Origin: Euglena gracilis
Taxonomy: Eukaryota
Reading direction: 5' to 3'
Length of the DNA: 64,000 nt
Assembly: GCA_039621445.1 (NCBI GenBank)
Contig: CP154954.1
Location: 25,246,954-25,310,953 of the forward strand
Below, piece by piece: positions 10,298 through 23,054 of this stretch. Made by a program: the position numbers and the translations under genes. How positions within the stretch are numbered: position 1 is the stretch's first letter; each line of letters opens with the position of its first letter. The notes under the pieces were generated by a model, which ran no database searches, was not told where the DNA came from, and saw nothing but the letters and a program-made list of their open reading frames with translations.

Positions 10298-13200
10298 CCC
10301 GTCGAAGCTGGGGGCTTCTGCCCCCCCTGGGGATTCCCAGGTCCCCGTCCTCCGGATAGGGACTTGGAACATGTCCCACTGGACGCCTGCAAAGGCCCTG
10401 GCTCCGCGCCCCACCTGCCCCGCGGCCTCCTCCCGCTGTCCGTCTATGCCCCCTGGATCGCCAAGCCGCGGAGCGTGCTTTGCGGCTTTGACCTCTGCCT
10501 CTGCCTTTGACCTCGCCTTCGAGGAGCTGTCCCACTCCTTGGACATGCAGGTCCCTACCCTACTCCTCGGCGACTGGAACGGCTCCGTCCTCCCTTCGCG
10601 GGGTCACTCCGGCCGCCGACGCCACCTGCTCTCCCACCTGACTGGCCCCAGCGCTCCCCTGGTCGGACGTCCACGCCACCCTGCTGCCCGCGCCCCTACC
10701 CATGACCTTCCGCTCGCCCCTCTCCTCTGGGGTCGTCACGGCCTCCCGCATTGACCTGATCCAGCCAACTCCGCCGTCCTCGCACTACTCCGGTGGACGA
10801 GGACTTCCGTGACGGTGGTCACTCCCCGGCGTTCGTCTCCCTCGCCCTCCCCAGCGGCCACATCGACTGGCACCCACCACTTCCGCGTCCGCTCCCCCTA
10901 CTGTACGGCCCATCCGCTGACCTCGCCTCGTCCGAGCAGTGGTCCGACCTGTTGCTCCGATGGTCTTCCACCCCGGAGGCCGCCGCCCTGTCCCCGTCCG
11001 CCGCGCACACCTTGGACTCCCTCTCCCGCGCCATCCACACCGCGCTGGACCTCTTGGTGCTCCTGGCTGGCGGCTGGTCCACCTGCTCCTCCGCCCGCCG
11101 GCCTGCTTACGACTCCCCGAAGGTGCTCCGGCTCCGTGGCATCCTCACCCTGCTACACCGCCTGGAGATGCTCTCCTCCGCCCCGTTGCCGCCCGGATCC
11201 TGGCCTTCGCCCCTGATTAAGCTCCTTGACACCCTCCACCTGTGCGGCATCCAGCTGCCCCGGTCTTCCGTGCCGTCCTTGCGCCGCGCTCTGGCAGCAG
11301 AAACCGCTTCTTGCCGCTCGACCCTGGACAAGGAACTACAAGCCCTCCGTCGCGTGCGGAACTCCCGGTGGCACGACTCCTTACCCCGTCTCTGGCACGA
11401 GCGCCCGGCCGCCATCTTCTGTTGGCTGAAGGCGGAGTCCATTCCGTTCGGATCCCGCCCGTCCTGGACGCCGCCGGGCAGCAATGCCTCTCCCGCCAGG
11501 ACATGGACATCGCCGTGCGGTCTTTCTGTGTCAACGACATCCTGCGGCAGCACGCCAGCCATTGCCCTGCGGAGCAGTGGGCAGCTTTTGTGTCTTCGAA
11601 GTTCGGTGCCTACATCCCCTCCGCCTCATGGCCGTCGGCCCCCTGGTCAGAGGAGCGTGTCAGGGCAGCCCTCCGCAGCATGTGTGACGCCGCCGCCCCC
11701 GACATGTCCCGTGTACCCCTCACCGCGTGGAAGTCTATGCCACCGCTGTGGTTCGCTGCCCTCGCCCGGCTGCTCAACCTCGTGGAGCAAGAACGCCGGT
11801 GGCCGTTGGTCATGACCCCAAATCGGCCAGAGGCGCACGTCCCCAAGATCAGCGCCCCATCACTGTCCTGGAGGTGGTGTACCGCGCCTGGTTGCCATGG
11901 GTCTGCCTTTGGGCGCCTTCGCGGTCCGCGAGCCCATCGCCGAGGACCGCCTCCTGCAGCTACGGTGGCTGCAGTTCCTCGCCACCCCCCCCCCCCCCCC
12001 TAGTCGGGACCATCCACCGCGCCGTCGCCTGCCCCGCTCAAAGTGGCGCGAGCCCTCCCCCGCCCTGCAGTCCGCCCTGACGGCCCTCGGCCGGACGCTG
12101 CGCCGCAATCCCGCCTCCACCCTGGCCTCCGCCTGGCCTCATCTCACCCCCGAGAGCTCCTATCCCGGAGCCCGCCGACCGCTTTCCCCTTCCCGATGCA
12201 GCCTTCACAGATGGCTCCCTTGGCTCCCATTGTGGTGCGGCCGTCTGGTGCCCGGACACGGAGACATCGCGCCTCATCGCCGTTCCCTCCCCGCGCAGCA
12301 GTACACACTGCGAGCTCGCCGCCCTCGGCTCCGCCCTGTCCCTCCACCCCCCGGAGGTGTTCACGGATTCGCTGTGCTCCCTCCAACTCCTCCGCCGATG
12401 GGGACTCCGTTCTCCGTCCGCCGTCCTCCGCTGTCCGGACCGGCTCGAGGTCCGCCACGTCCTCGCCCTCGCCCACTCATCCCCGTGCCCACCGGCCCTG
12501 CGGAAGGTCAAGGCACTCAACGATGCGGCCCTCTCCGCCCGCCACCCCCTTGCCGTAGGCAACGACATGGCCGACTCCCTGGCGAAACAAGCAGCGCGTT
12601 CCCCCGGTCTCCCCAAATGGGACCCCCCTGCCGCATGTCACGATGCGGTGGAGCTGCTCGACGCCATGGGCACCACGGTCCTGGACATCGAGGAACGGTT
12701 CCCCCTCGCTTGGTGGCTCCGCCAGCGCTGTGCGTGGGCCCCCCAGGATCCCGCCCCCGCCTCGAGTTGCTCTTCCTGCGGGAGATGACGTTCGACTGGA
12801 TGGCGTCTGCCGGCATCTTTGCCCGGCTTTGCTTGCGCTCCAACGCCTTCCACCACCCCGTGGCCCCCGCCGTGATCAAGTGGGTGGCCCGTGTACGATC
12901 CGGCTGCCCGCCACCCAAGCTCGTCGCGTGCGGTGCGGCTTCACGGAGACCCCACGTGCCCGTGCTGCGGAGAGACGGAAAAGGACGACCGCCACTTGCT
13001 GGCTGGCTGCCGCCACAGGCTCAGCGGACTGGCCGGAGGCCCTCCCGGAGCTGTGTCTGTCTTCCGCCAACCGCTGCTCCCTCTCCATCCCCCCGCCGCC
13101 AACCCCCTGGATAGCGGAGCATCATCTCCTCTGACCGCCGCCCTGATCCCAGCGACGATTCTCGAGCACCACCCGACGTCCCCCGGACGCCCTCCGCTTC

Positions 13201-13965
13201 CTCCGCCGCCTCCATGCTGCCCTGGCCGAGCGGCTAGCTGAGCTGCTGAGCCGCCGGCCTCGCTGGAGATCCCACGGCTCCTCCTCTGACCACAGCCCGC
13301 CGCGTCTCCGTCACCCCTGCCCGCTACCTCCAGAACGCCAGCTCTCCATCCCAGACCTCCGCCGCCTCGAGGTGGCTCGCCGTGAGGCCCCGCCCCCCCC
13401 ACCAACATCGGCACCCATCCCGCCCCACAGAGAAGCCCGTCGCCTGTGGCTCCGCGCGCGGCTCCTCCGTCTGCTCGCCGAGGACATGGTCGTCTGCCCT
13501 GCGTCCGCCGGATGCAGCGCCTTCCTCGCCATGTTCGAGTCCGTCACAGGCAAACCCTTCACTGCTTCCCCCCCCGTGCCACCGCCCTGGCCCGCGTCCT
13601 CGGCAACCTCATACACGAGGGTGCGGCAGGGCATTTGGTACTACAATCGTGCTCCCTGTGCGGCCCTGGACACCGACGGCTGGCTCTGCTCCGCTCCCGC
13701 CCGGGAGGCTGCGCACCCCGCAACCGCCCTCCACATCTCGATGGGCTCCGTCGACGCCTCCCTCGCTGTCTGGATCCGGGACCACCGATTCCTCCGCCCC
13801 GTCCCCCCAGAACATGACGAGTGCAGCATGGCGCTCCTCCTGCTTTGGGAGACCGACCACGGCCCACCACGGCGACATCAGACCCGGCCAGCCGCCCGTC
13901 GTCCCCTCGCCCCCCCAGCCGGGCGCGGCGCCCCGCCCCTCCTCTGGTGGATCCCCGGCCCCTGA
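10290..13965 (+). pseudogene. ORF2 of the non-LTR element: AP endonuclease, truncated reverse transcriptase, RNase H, CCHC zinc knuckle
   Basis: APE motifs: VLRIGTWNM, LLLGDWNGS, ASRIDLI (10741), GGHSP. RT N-terminal part: AAPDMS...LARLLNLVEQERRWP and DQRPITVLEVVYRAW; no YxDD core found. RNase H: AFTDGS (~12201), SSTHCELAAL, VFTDSLCSL, KVKA, GNDMADSLAK. Zinc knuckle: DPTCPCCGETEKDDRHLLAGC. Multiple frameshifts. Confidence 0.9.
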
Positions 13966-14794
13966 AAAGGCAGTCCACCCTGGCAACGGAGGGCCCACCG
14001 ACCTGACCTTGGCGGGCGCGGGCGCGGGAACCACGGTGATGGCCCTCAGCCACTGCCGTTGAGCCCATGCAGCGCCCGGTGTTGGACGACTTCATCACCT
14101 ACCTAACCCCCCCCCCCCCGCACTCAAGCCCCCATTTCGACTGGCATGTTCTTGCTCCTCTGCTTGGAAACCACAGGGTAAAAAAGGGTAAATGCTGAGG
14201 TCCTTGGCTTGACAAATTTCACTAATTCACAGGTAAGGTGCTGCTTTTCATTCCTCGATTGAAAAACCAGGGAAGTTGCCAGCTTTGCTCATTTCTAAAA
14301 AATGTCCTCTTTTCCAAACCCATTCCCAAATCTTTCTTTGGCATTCCAAATATTCTGATATTTTTGGTGTAGTGTAAGTATTTGTTTTCCACAGGCCCAC
14401 CTATTTGCGCCAAAAAATGCGACGCAAGAGAGGTTCGTTTTCCAGTGTCTTAATTTTAAACACGTTTTCACCCTTGCACGGCTTCGCAAATGCCATTTTT
14501 CTTCTATGAATTGGATTATACAAGATTAATAGATCAATGTCCAACAGTGCCTTTCTAAAAAAATATAAAAAATAAAATTAAAAAATATTGAATGGAAATG
14601 AATTTCAAAGGGAATTTCCACAATTTGTTTTTATGGGGAGAGCCATATGCAGGCCTTGTCACTGATGCAGATGCCGAAATGAGTGTGGAATTACAGCGAT
14701 GATTTATCCCGATGCGGCATTTCATTCGTGTTTTTTTTTGGTGTGTTTTTTTTTGTGTGTGTTCTGTGGAAAGTGATTGGAAGTCGCTCTGCAA

Positions 14795-15959
14795 CAAGGT
14801 TGGTTTTTGTTTTTGTATTTTTGGGGAGCTCCCAAAAACAACCCAAAAAATTTGGGTACCCCCCAAAAAACAAATTTTGGGGTTTGTACAAAAGCTGTTG
14901 AGCGGACTTAAAAGAATCCTCCTCTCAACAGCAGCCAGCCTCGACACTTCTTTTGTGTTTGAGGTATCACAGATGGGCACCTGTGGCGTTTGCATTGGTG
15001 GGCACAACCAATGCAAAAAAGGACATAATTTTTTTGGTATTTCTCTCTGACTTTTTGCGGGGACCCCAGTAAATTTGCTTAAAAAGCCAGTGAATGCTAC
15101 AACTCCCCAAAAAGCATACACCAAATTGTTGTGCATCTTTTTCCGTTCCCGCTGATTTCTTTGTAATGATGTGTGTGAATTTTCTGCAAAACTTTTCATT
15201 GGGGGTGGTGCGGGTCACGGGGGGGTCACGGGGGGATCTAGGGGGGGGGGTCACGGGGGAAGTATGTCTCTTTGCAGGTAGGGTTGCTCATTTTGCGGAT
15301 TTTTTTACATTATTTTTTACTGGAGAAAATTCAGAAAAAAATGCGGAAAAATTGGTAATATTCCGATATTTCTCCATGGTAAAAAAAGCGACCCGGGATG
15401 GGGTGAATTTTGGGATTTCGCATCAAAAAACCACAACAAAATGGGAAATTGGGGGAAAATGGGGAAAATATTTTCCCACAATTTTCCAAACGGAGAAACA
15501 AAATTTGCTGTTGAAATTTTTCCGCACAATTTTTCAGCAATCCTATTTGGAGGTAGTCGGGAGGCAGCGTCAATGATCCCGAAAGGAAAGGTTGAAGAGA
15601 TGAAGTGAAGGTTCGATCCTCGGGTCACGGGGGGGGTCACGGGGGGTCACGGGGGTCACGGGGGAAGCACCCCCATTGTAAAACCAATATATATTTTATA
15701 CTGAGTGCATTTAAACACATTTAATTTGCATAGGTATGTGCTGTTTAGGGTTAATCGGCAATGGAGAAGGAGCTTGATGTGACAATTGGTTCCGAATCAA
15801 TTGCGGTCCACAGCCTTACATTTTCTTGAATGGTGCCATGAAGGACGAAAAGGTCTGCAAAAGTGGGACTAAAATAAGGGGGGTCCCAAAAAGCTTTTTT
15901 TGGGTACCCCCCAAAAAACATTTTTTTGGGGGGTACCCCAAACCCAAAACCCAACCTTG
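14795..15959. mobile_element. Non-autonomous DNA transposon with CAAGG TIRs and a 7-bp TSD (P-superfamily-like)
   Basis: TIRs CAAGGTTGGTTTTTGTTTTTG / CAAACCCAAAACCCAACCTTG. TSD TCTGCAA on both sides. Subterminal TTTGGGTACCCCCCAAAAAA motifs at both ends. Confidence 0.75.
15201..15674. mobile_element. Nested MITE with GGGGGTG/CACCCCC ends and a 3-bp TSD (PIF/Harbinger-like)
   Basis: ATT|GGGGGTG...CACCCCC|ATT, with tandem GGGGTCAC subterminal repeats at both ends. Confidence 0.55.
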
Positions 15960-16039
15960 TCTGCAAAATAAATTCCTCCTCCAATTACTGGCTTTTTTTA
16001 TTGTTTCATTTTCCTGACGAACGGCATTCTGGTGGTGTG

Positions 16040-18240
16040 CTTTTGCGCGCACACATGTGTGTTTTCGGCTTTGTCCCCGGGTGTGCCCGAACTGCCAGCG
16101 GTGTGCGTCCTGGGTTTTTGCCGGACTGCTTTGCTTGCAGCGCCTTGCTTTGATGTTTTTGGGCTGTTTGTTAAAGTGCAGGGAGGAAGTGCCAGGGAAT
16201 GTGGGTGTGGTGTGACCAAGCCGGCAGGAGGGACGCAGGGGACGGAAGGTAAGTGCGGGGTGTTGGGCAAGGGAAGCGCAGGGGGGGGGGGAGGAAATAG
16301 GGTCCGCAGGGAATGATGGGGACGGGTGTCTCCCACCCGGCTTATACCCGGGATCCACGTAACCAGTTGTGTGGCAAAGAACCCAGCGGAAAAAGCCCAA
16401 CACTGGAAGGGCAAAATTTTAAATGTGTACACCAACATGTTTATGTTTATTTGCGCAATTGCACAAATAAACATAAACATGTCCTTCAGGGATTGTGCTT
16501 TAGTACCCATGAACTGACTCCGTCGATAAACGGCGCGACAAAGGAGCTGTGAGTGCGCAGACCAACCGGCCGTTCAGGTGGTGGGTTTGTCACACTGCTT
16601 GTCGACGCACAAGCTTATGGGCGCAAATGCGCGCACAAACAAAATTACATTTGTGCGCGCATTTCACAAATGCGCAAACAAACATGTTCTTTGTTTGTGT
16701 GTGCAAATGCGCAAATAAACACAAAGAAGAACGGTGTACACCATCAGCACATGTGATTCATTTGCGCATTTGTGCGCATCACGTTGTTTGTGGGTGCAAA
16801 TGTGCAAATACACTGCATGAAGAAACTGCATAATTTATTATGTTTATTTGCGCATTTGCGCCAAAAAACAACGTGATGCACGCAAATGCGCAAATGAACA
16901 ACCAATGGAGGAGCAAAAGTGATTTCATTTGGCCCTCCAACAAATACTCTTAGTGGCTTCTAAATGGGTTGAAAGCAAACCCAAATGGCCACACCGTCTC
17001 CTCCGGCATATGGTGTTATTGTGCCATTTTTGGACCATTGACAGGTCCCACAAAAGATGGGGAACAGAGGGCCTCCTGAAGGTGGGTGCGCAGCCACCCA
17101 GTAACGGTTGCACCTCCACTGGCACCAATTTTGGGTCCCAAAGGCCCTGCCGCTGGCCCGCGGCCTCGGCTCCGCTGCTGCAGCCACATCGGCTGCTGAT
17201 GCTTCAGCACCCACCAGACCGACATCCCCGGTGCAACAGCACCCACCGAAGCGGCCATGTTATACCCCGCAACCGGGGTACAAGGCTGCGGGGACAACGT
17301 GGCGCTCAAACACCCGTTATTTTGGTTGCAAGGAAGTGTTGAAGCTTTACCACTGCATTGGGTGCATCAAAGCGGTGGGACTCACTCCCCCCTCAAATTA
17401 TGCACAAAAACTGGTGTGTTTTACGTTTTTCAAGGGGAAAACGGTGGAGAATAACCATAAAACAGACTCCGGCCTGGCACATCCCGGGTATTTCAGGTGC
17501 CAAATGTTTTCTTGCAACGCAGTACTGTTGCAGAAAAGGTGTCGAACAGTCACAGGTCGTTTGCACGTCATCAATTCATTATATTTAACTGCCAAACGGA
17601 TGACGCCAGGCCGTGCGGGCCGGGTAACAGCAGCACAAATGTACATATGTAAGGCAGGCACGTTTCGCCAGTCAAATGCCGTGTTCCAGTCTATATTGCA
17701 CACTACCTCTCACCACGCAATTGTGGTGCAAATCATTGGTTGGTGTGAGGAATTGCGTTCGCCAGCTGTCACGGAGGAGGAGATGGTATCGCATGGTTGA
17801 TGTCGATGATGGTTGATGTTTGTTAATTTGCGCATTTGCCCAAATAAACAAATTTTGTTTGTATGTTTTAAGGGTCACTGAAACACATCGTTTTGAAGCG
17901 GTTTATTAAATGTTTGTTTGCGCATTTGCGCAAATGCGCGCACAAACGTAATATTATTTATTTGCACAATCGCGCACACCAACACGCCCATCACGTTTTA
18001 AAACCTCGTAGGGTCATTGTCGTCATTGGTGTCTTTTAACATGGAATGTAAAAATACATGTTTGTGTGCGCATTTGTGCAAGTGCGCGCACCAGAAAAGT
18101 TTTTCTGTGCGCGCATTTGCCCCCATAAATATGTATTTTTATTTTCAATGTTTTGTGTTATATTTGCGCAAATGCGCCCATAAACAAAATGTTTTTTTAT
18201 TTGTGCAAAAGCGCCCACAAACGCACATCAGTTGTGTGAC
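16040..18240. repeat. Dispersed repeat or probable transposon rich in GCGCAAAT/ATTTGCGC motifs (homolog ~50925-51960)
   Basis: 16060-16900 aligns by eye with 51225-51950. Motif clusters lie at 16430-16900 and 17820-18230 around a more complex core. Termini not identified. Confidence 0.65.
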
Positions 18241-19168
18241 GGCTGGCTGACGTAGTCTGTGGTGTGTGATCTAATGAGGCTCCGCGTGTTCTTACCGTTG
18301 GCGGTATATCCAAGTCAGTTCAGCCTGCACTTCAGCACCATTTCCAAGTGTCGTAACAAGGGGTGTGTGCCTCTCTCCTGTTTGATGTACTACAGCACCA
18401 ATCTCACCCTCAGCCCTATTCACGCCATTTGGTAAGCAGCATTTACACCAAACTACTGGGAGTTAATCCCCCTCAATAGAGGAGTGTCACAGTTCATAAT
18501 CTGTTCTCCGCGCGTCAGCGTACAGCGTCCAGGAATTTCGTAATAGCACCCATCCGACCCCCCCCCCCCCGGGGGTTAGGCTTTTGGGGGTGCCTGCCCA
18601 TAGCAGGCACCCCCTCTGACCCTGGTTCCGGGGTGCCGGAAAAGGCCCTGAATGAAAATTTCAATTCAAAGATCGAGTTAAAATTTTCTGGGTCCCCCTG
18701 GACCCCCCCGGGGGGTTTCTGCTAGGGGCAGGCACCCTAAAGCACCCCCCACACAGACATTCGTTTAGTGTGGTACACCAAGGTAGTCTTTTTGGTTCAC
18801 CGTGGACACCAAGATTGTTGGTGGTTCACATATGGACACCAAAAATTTTTTATGGTTCACATGTGACACCAAAAAAAATATTGTGGTTCATATGTGTGCC
18901 GCGGCAAAAACTCAATTGTGTGCCGCGTGCACCGCGGGAAAAAATTTGCGCTGCGGAGCGGTGCACTAAGTGAAAGTCTGAAGTCAATGTTGCGGCTCTA
19001 TGAATGTTTTCCAAAAAAGAAGGATTTGACAGTTCGGAAACGCTTCCATTCATCACGGTGGATGACATAGCACGAATGGCGATTCCCCAAGGAGTTCGGC
19101 GTTTGATAGAGGAGGCCAAAAAATTGATTGGTCCCACATCCTGCACCGTTGTGAGCCGTGTCTGGGAG

Positions 19169-19600
19169 CAGGCTTTTGCTTAAGGGATTGCGGTACCCCC
19201 CAGCGGGGGGGGAGCTGGACTTCAGCTAGTCCAAATTTGGCTAGTGGGATTTCTAGCAGACCCCCCGGGGGGGGTCTGCTAGCAGAGCTAGCTAGTGGAA
19301 TTTTTTTTTCCAGTGACCGGCGCGAAGCAATTTTTTTTATGGACCCCCCAAAATGACCTAAAAAGCCCGATTTTGGCCATTTTTGGAAATTCTTGGAACA
19401 AAATCAGCCAAAAACCTATTAAAAACCTCATTTCCACCCCGGCGCGCAGCGCCAGAGGAAAATTTTTTCTCAGTGGGGGGGACCCCGGACCCCCCCCCCC
19501 CCCGGGGGGGGAAGGGGGGTCCTAGCTAGTCCATTTTTTCCAGTGTCTAGCCGATTGGCTAGCCAGTACCCTCCCCCCGGGGTCCTTAAGCAAAAGCCTG
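19169..19600. mobile_element. hAT-type MITE, family A
   Basis: Perfect 17-bp TIR CAGGCTTTTGCTTAAGG / CCTTAAGCAAAAGCCTG. TSD TCTGGGAG/TCTGGGAC (7/8 match). Confidence 0.92.
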
Positions 19601-22600
19601 TCTGGGACTCCGGTTCGGGCAGGAAATTTCTGCCCGAACCGGCGTCCAGGGCAACAGGGCAGGTGAAACATTTGAATTTCGAAGAAAACAGGGTCGGAAC
19701 GTGCGATCGCCGATTTTCAGAGCGCTGTGCACTGTGGCTTCTGAGTTCTGAGGGTACCAAGCGAAAGGTCTCGAAGAGAGATTTCAATTGATATGCTGTA
19801 TGGTTCCTGAGCTGGGGGAGTTGACAAATTAGTATGTCAAATTTTGGAATACACAATCGCTGAAAATAAGAGTTCTGTGCATTACGGTTGAATTCTGTGG
19901 ACATCTGTCAAAAGCCCTTGACAAGAGCTTTCGATGGATGGGCAACCCCAATGTCCCAAACATGGGAATTTGGGGTGATTACTCAGACGCCGGTTCGGGC
20001 ATGAAGCCAGAGCCCCCTAGAAACGATTTCAAAAACTGTGTCCCAGGCACCGGCTTCACGCCCGAACCGACGTCTGGGACACAGTTCTCAATATGGTAGT
20101 GGTGGATGTTTCTAACCCATGTGAACCTCTCAATTGACCCTCTTACTTCGAGCAGCTTCAAACAAGCAAATCTTTGGGTTTCACAAACATTTCGGGTGCA
20201 GTAGGGCAAGAAAATTACATTTTGAATTTTCTTTCAAATTTCTTCAAATTCAGGTGCTGAGAGACGTATGGTGTACGGCATGGAGTTTTTTTTTTTGAAA
20301 AAAAGTGGTGTGGGGTTGGGCCTGGGAAAAATGCCCCCGGGGTCACGAAGTGAATCTATGGTCGGGGGTCCAAGCCAGCATATATTTTCCAGCATGGACC
20401 CCCCTGGGGGGTCCTCAAGTAAACCCTGCTCGCATCCATTGATGGCAAGGGTTTGCAAAAAACATCTTTTCGGGCAAAATTTTTTTTCGATTTTTTTCGA
20501 CTTTTTTGACCCGGATTTGACCCAAAGTCAATGGGTCGGCGGCCCAAAACGGGGCGCCGGCGGGTCGAAAAACGCTCGTTTTCGGCTCAAAAACTGTTTT
20601 TCTGGGTCCGGGAGGCCAAAAAAACATCGTTTCGGGCCTTCTCCCCCCAAACCCCCAGAGGGCAAACTGCATGGGTTTCTCCTCCTGACCCTCCCTGCAG
20701 AGGCATCCGATGGGCTGCGCCGCCTCATGCACCCACGCCCTCGCCCCTGCAGAAGCCTCCCCTACACCCCCGGGCGGGTCGGGAGGCCCCAAGCGGCTCG
20801 GCCTCCAGGCCAGGCAAATAAAAGAGGGAAGCGACCAGAGACCGGGGAACAGCACCTCAGGGACTCCTGTGCAGGCACCGGGCCGACGCTTGGCGCCGAA
20901 GCGGCTGAGCTGGTTCCGTGTGTTGGTCCAAGGCACCAAGGCGGTGTCTGCCGCCTGTCTTGGCCCCGGTCCCTGGCCGCGCCCCTGGCCGGCAGCAGTA
21001 CGTCGCAGCCCGGCCGCCGCAATCGGGAAGGCACCACAGCCCCTCGTTCGACCGGCTGGAGCTGGTGGAGGTGGAGCCCTCTCCCAGCCAGGCATTGGGG
21101 CAAAAGGTTCAGTCGTTTCCGACGCACCCCGGCCCAGCCACGAAATGGTACACCTTGACCCCTGAGCGGGGAGAGGCGTTGCAGAAATGCCCGCCTGCCA
21201 CAGGAATCCTGGTGAGAGAAATCATATTGTGCGAAATTGCTCAAAGTGCCTTTCCACTCCCTGGCTGCGGGCGTTTTAAGTTTGAGGTTGGTCCAAGTCA
21301 CTGTCCATGTGGAAAAAAGCTTGATACATGAGTCCACAAAGACACACAAAGATTTGTGATACAAATAGGTATTGTTCAACTGGAACCAATTTTGAGGGTG
21401 TAGAAATGAATGTGTGAGCACAGGCAGGGGGTCAGTGCGATGTGGGTTTTTTGTTTTGGTTGCTGCGGATCATGGCCATGAAAGCAATGTTTTCTCTTTT
21501 TGGATGTTGTTTGTCGGTCAGAACTGGTATTGCAAACCATCCCCCCGGCGAGACCGCTTTTGCCATGTGCCGTGCGTACGGAGCCCACGGGTTGCCACCT
21601 CTTGCCTGCCCCATCAACCTCCGCATTTTGTCCGCAGAGGAGGACATGGCCCATTCGCCAGCTGCCCAGCGTAACCCTCTGCTCCGGTTGCGGAGGAACG
21701 CCGTCACCTTCCCCCTCCATGCAGGGCCTAGGCTGCACCGCACCAAGGCATCCAGTGGCCTGCCGTTCGAGTGTGGCAAGGTCGTTGTCGTGGGCTTTGC
21801 TCTTTGGGATATTTGTTTGTGGCTGTGTGTGTGTTTTTGCTTTATTCATTTGCCCCTTTTTTGCTTTTTTTTTGCCTTCTTGTGGAATTTGAAGTACAAA
21901 CAAAATGGTCGAAAATGAAGAAGTATGCAGCATAATGCTGTGTTTGCAACTTTCCCCATTCCCCATGCAGCACTCCTGGTCGTGAAATTATCAAATCATA
22001 TCGAGGAAAAAGGGAAGAAAGTATTTAGAATTGAATGTGGTGCAATGCTGTTAAATGTTGTCCAAAGTGGCTGCTGTCGCTTTTAGCAGGGGGAGGGCAA
22101 CAAGGGGTTCAAATATGTGTTTTTTCCCCTGAAAAAACAGCGATGCAATTTATCCAAAAGGGTGATATCAACTTCAAACTGTCTGGGAATCCCGGTAGGT
22201 GGGCAAACTTTCTGCACTATTTTTTATTATTAAAAAATTCACTCTTTTTTCCGACATTGGGAGGGGAAAGTATGCAAAAAATGAAAATGCTTAAAATCAT
22301 TATATAAATGAAAATTACGCAATAACACAAATTAAAAGAAAAAACCTCAGCAGGAAAGTTCATAAGAATGGTGGAATGCGTTGAGAAAGTGGTTCCATGG
22401 AGGAGATATGGCATATTTTTTTTAATTGTGTAATTTGGAGCTCCTGACCTTAGTTGAGATTTTTCAGTTTTTTTTTGTGTGATATGTGTCATACCCAAAA
22501 GTGTCCATGCACTTCTCCATCCCACATTCCTATTAGCAGAGGAAGAAGAAAACTAAATTCACCAGTTTACAAAAATCCGACGACAGCTCAGGGTCGAGAC

Positions 22601-23054
22601 CAGAGAATGTCCTGTAGGAGGCACACCTTCGCCACCCATACGCAGGTTGCACAAGTCATGAAGCATCGGATCTGGGGGTCCTGAGCCGCACTTTTTTGGA
22701 AACCAATTTTTGCCCCCCCCCCCCCCAGGGGCCCGCACTGGGCTGGGTGGGCGGGAGGGTCTTAAAAGACCCCCCCCGGGGGTCTTAAAAAGAAGCCTGG
22801 CCGGGGTAAAGGGCCATACCGGAACCCCTTGCAGCGCTGCAGCAGAGGCCACCTCCCTCCGCTACGGCGCCCGTCCCTGGGAGGTGGGCCGAACCCCGGC
22901 TGCTGTCCGGCGCCAGCCGCATCGTCCCCGTGCAGACGATTGCTGAGCATTGGTTGCATCCAACCCCCCCCCCCCCGGGGCTGGTGAATGGCCAGTTCTC
23001 CCCTTTGACCGCTACTGACTGCTTTTTTTTGTCTGCTGTTCCCACCGGTACAAC

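Larger units (their letters stand above)
9077..14119 (+). mobile_element. Non-LTR retrotransposon (APE + RT + RNase H + CCHC), decayed and internally deleted, with a poly(C) tail
   Basis: 16-bp TSD GCACTCAAGCCCCCAT at 9061-9076 and 14120-14135. Abrupt GC-rich block between them. The 3' end is CACCTACCTAA(C)13. Protein motifs are listed under the ORF2 feature. Confidence 0.92.

Noticed and set aside
11897-14098. Long Pro/Arg/Gly-rich ORFs on both strands
   Set aside because: These are shadow frames of the GC-rich LINE ORF2; real motifs occur only in short pieces across shifting frames.
18765-18970. TTAGTG...CACTAA-bounded repeat cluster as a transposon
   Set aside because: The inverted match is only 6 bp and no TSD was found.
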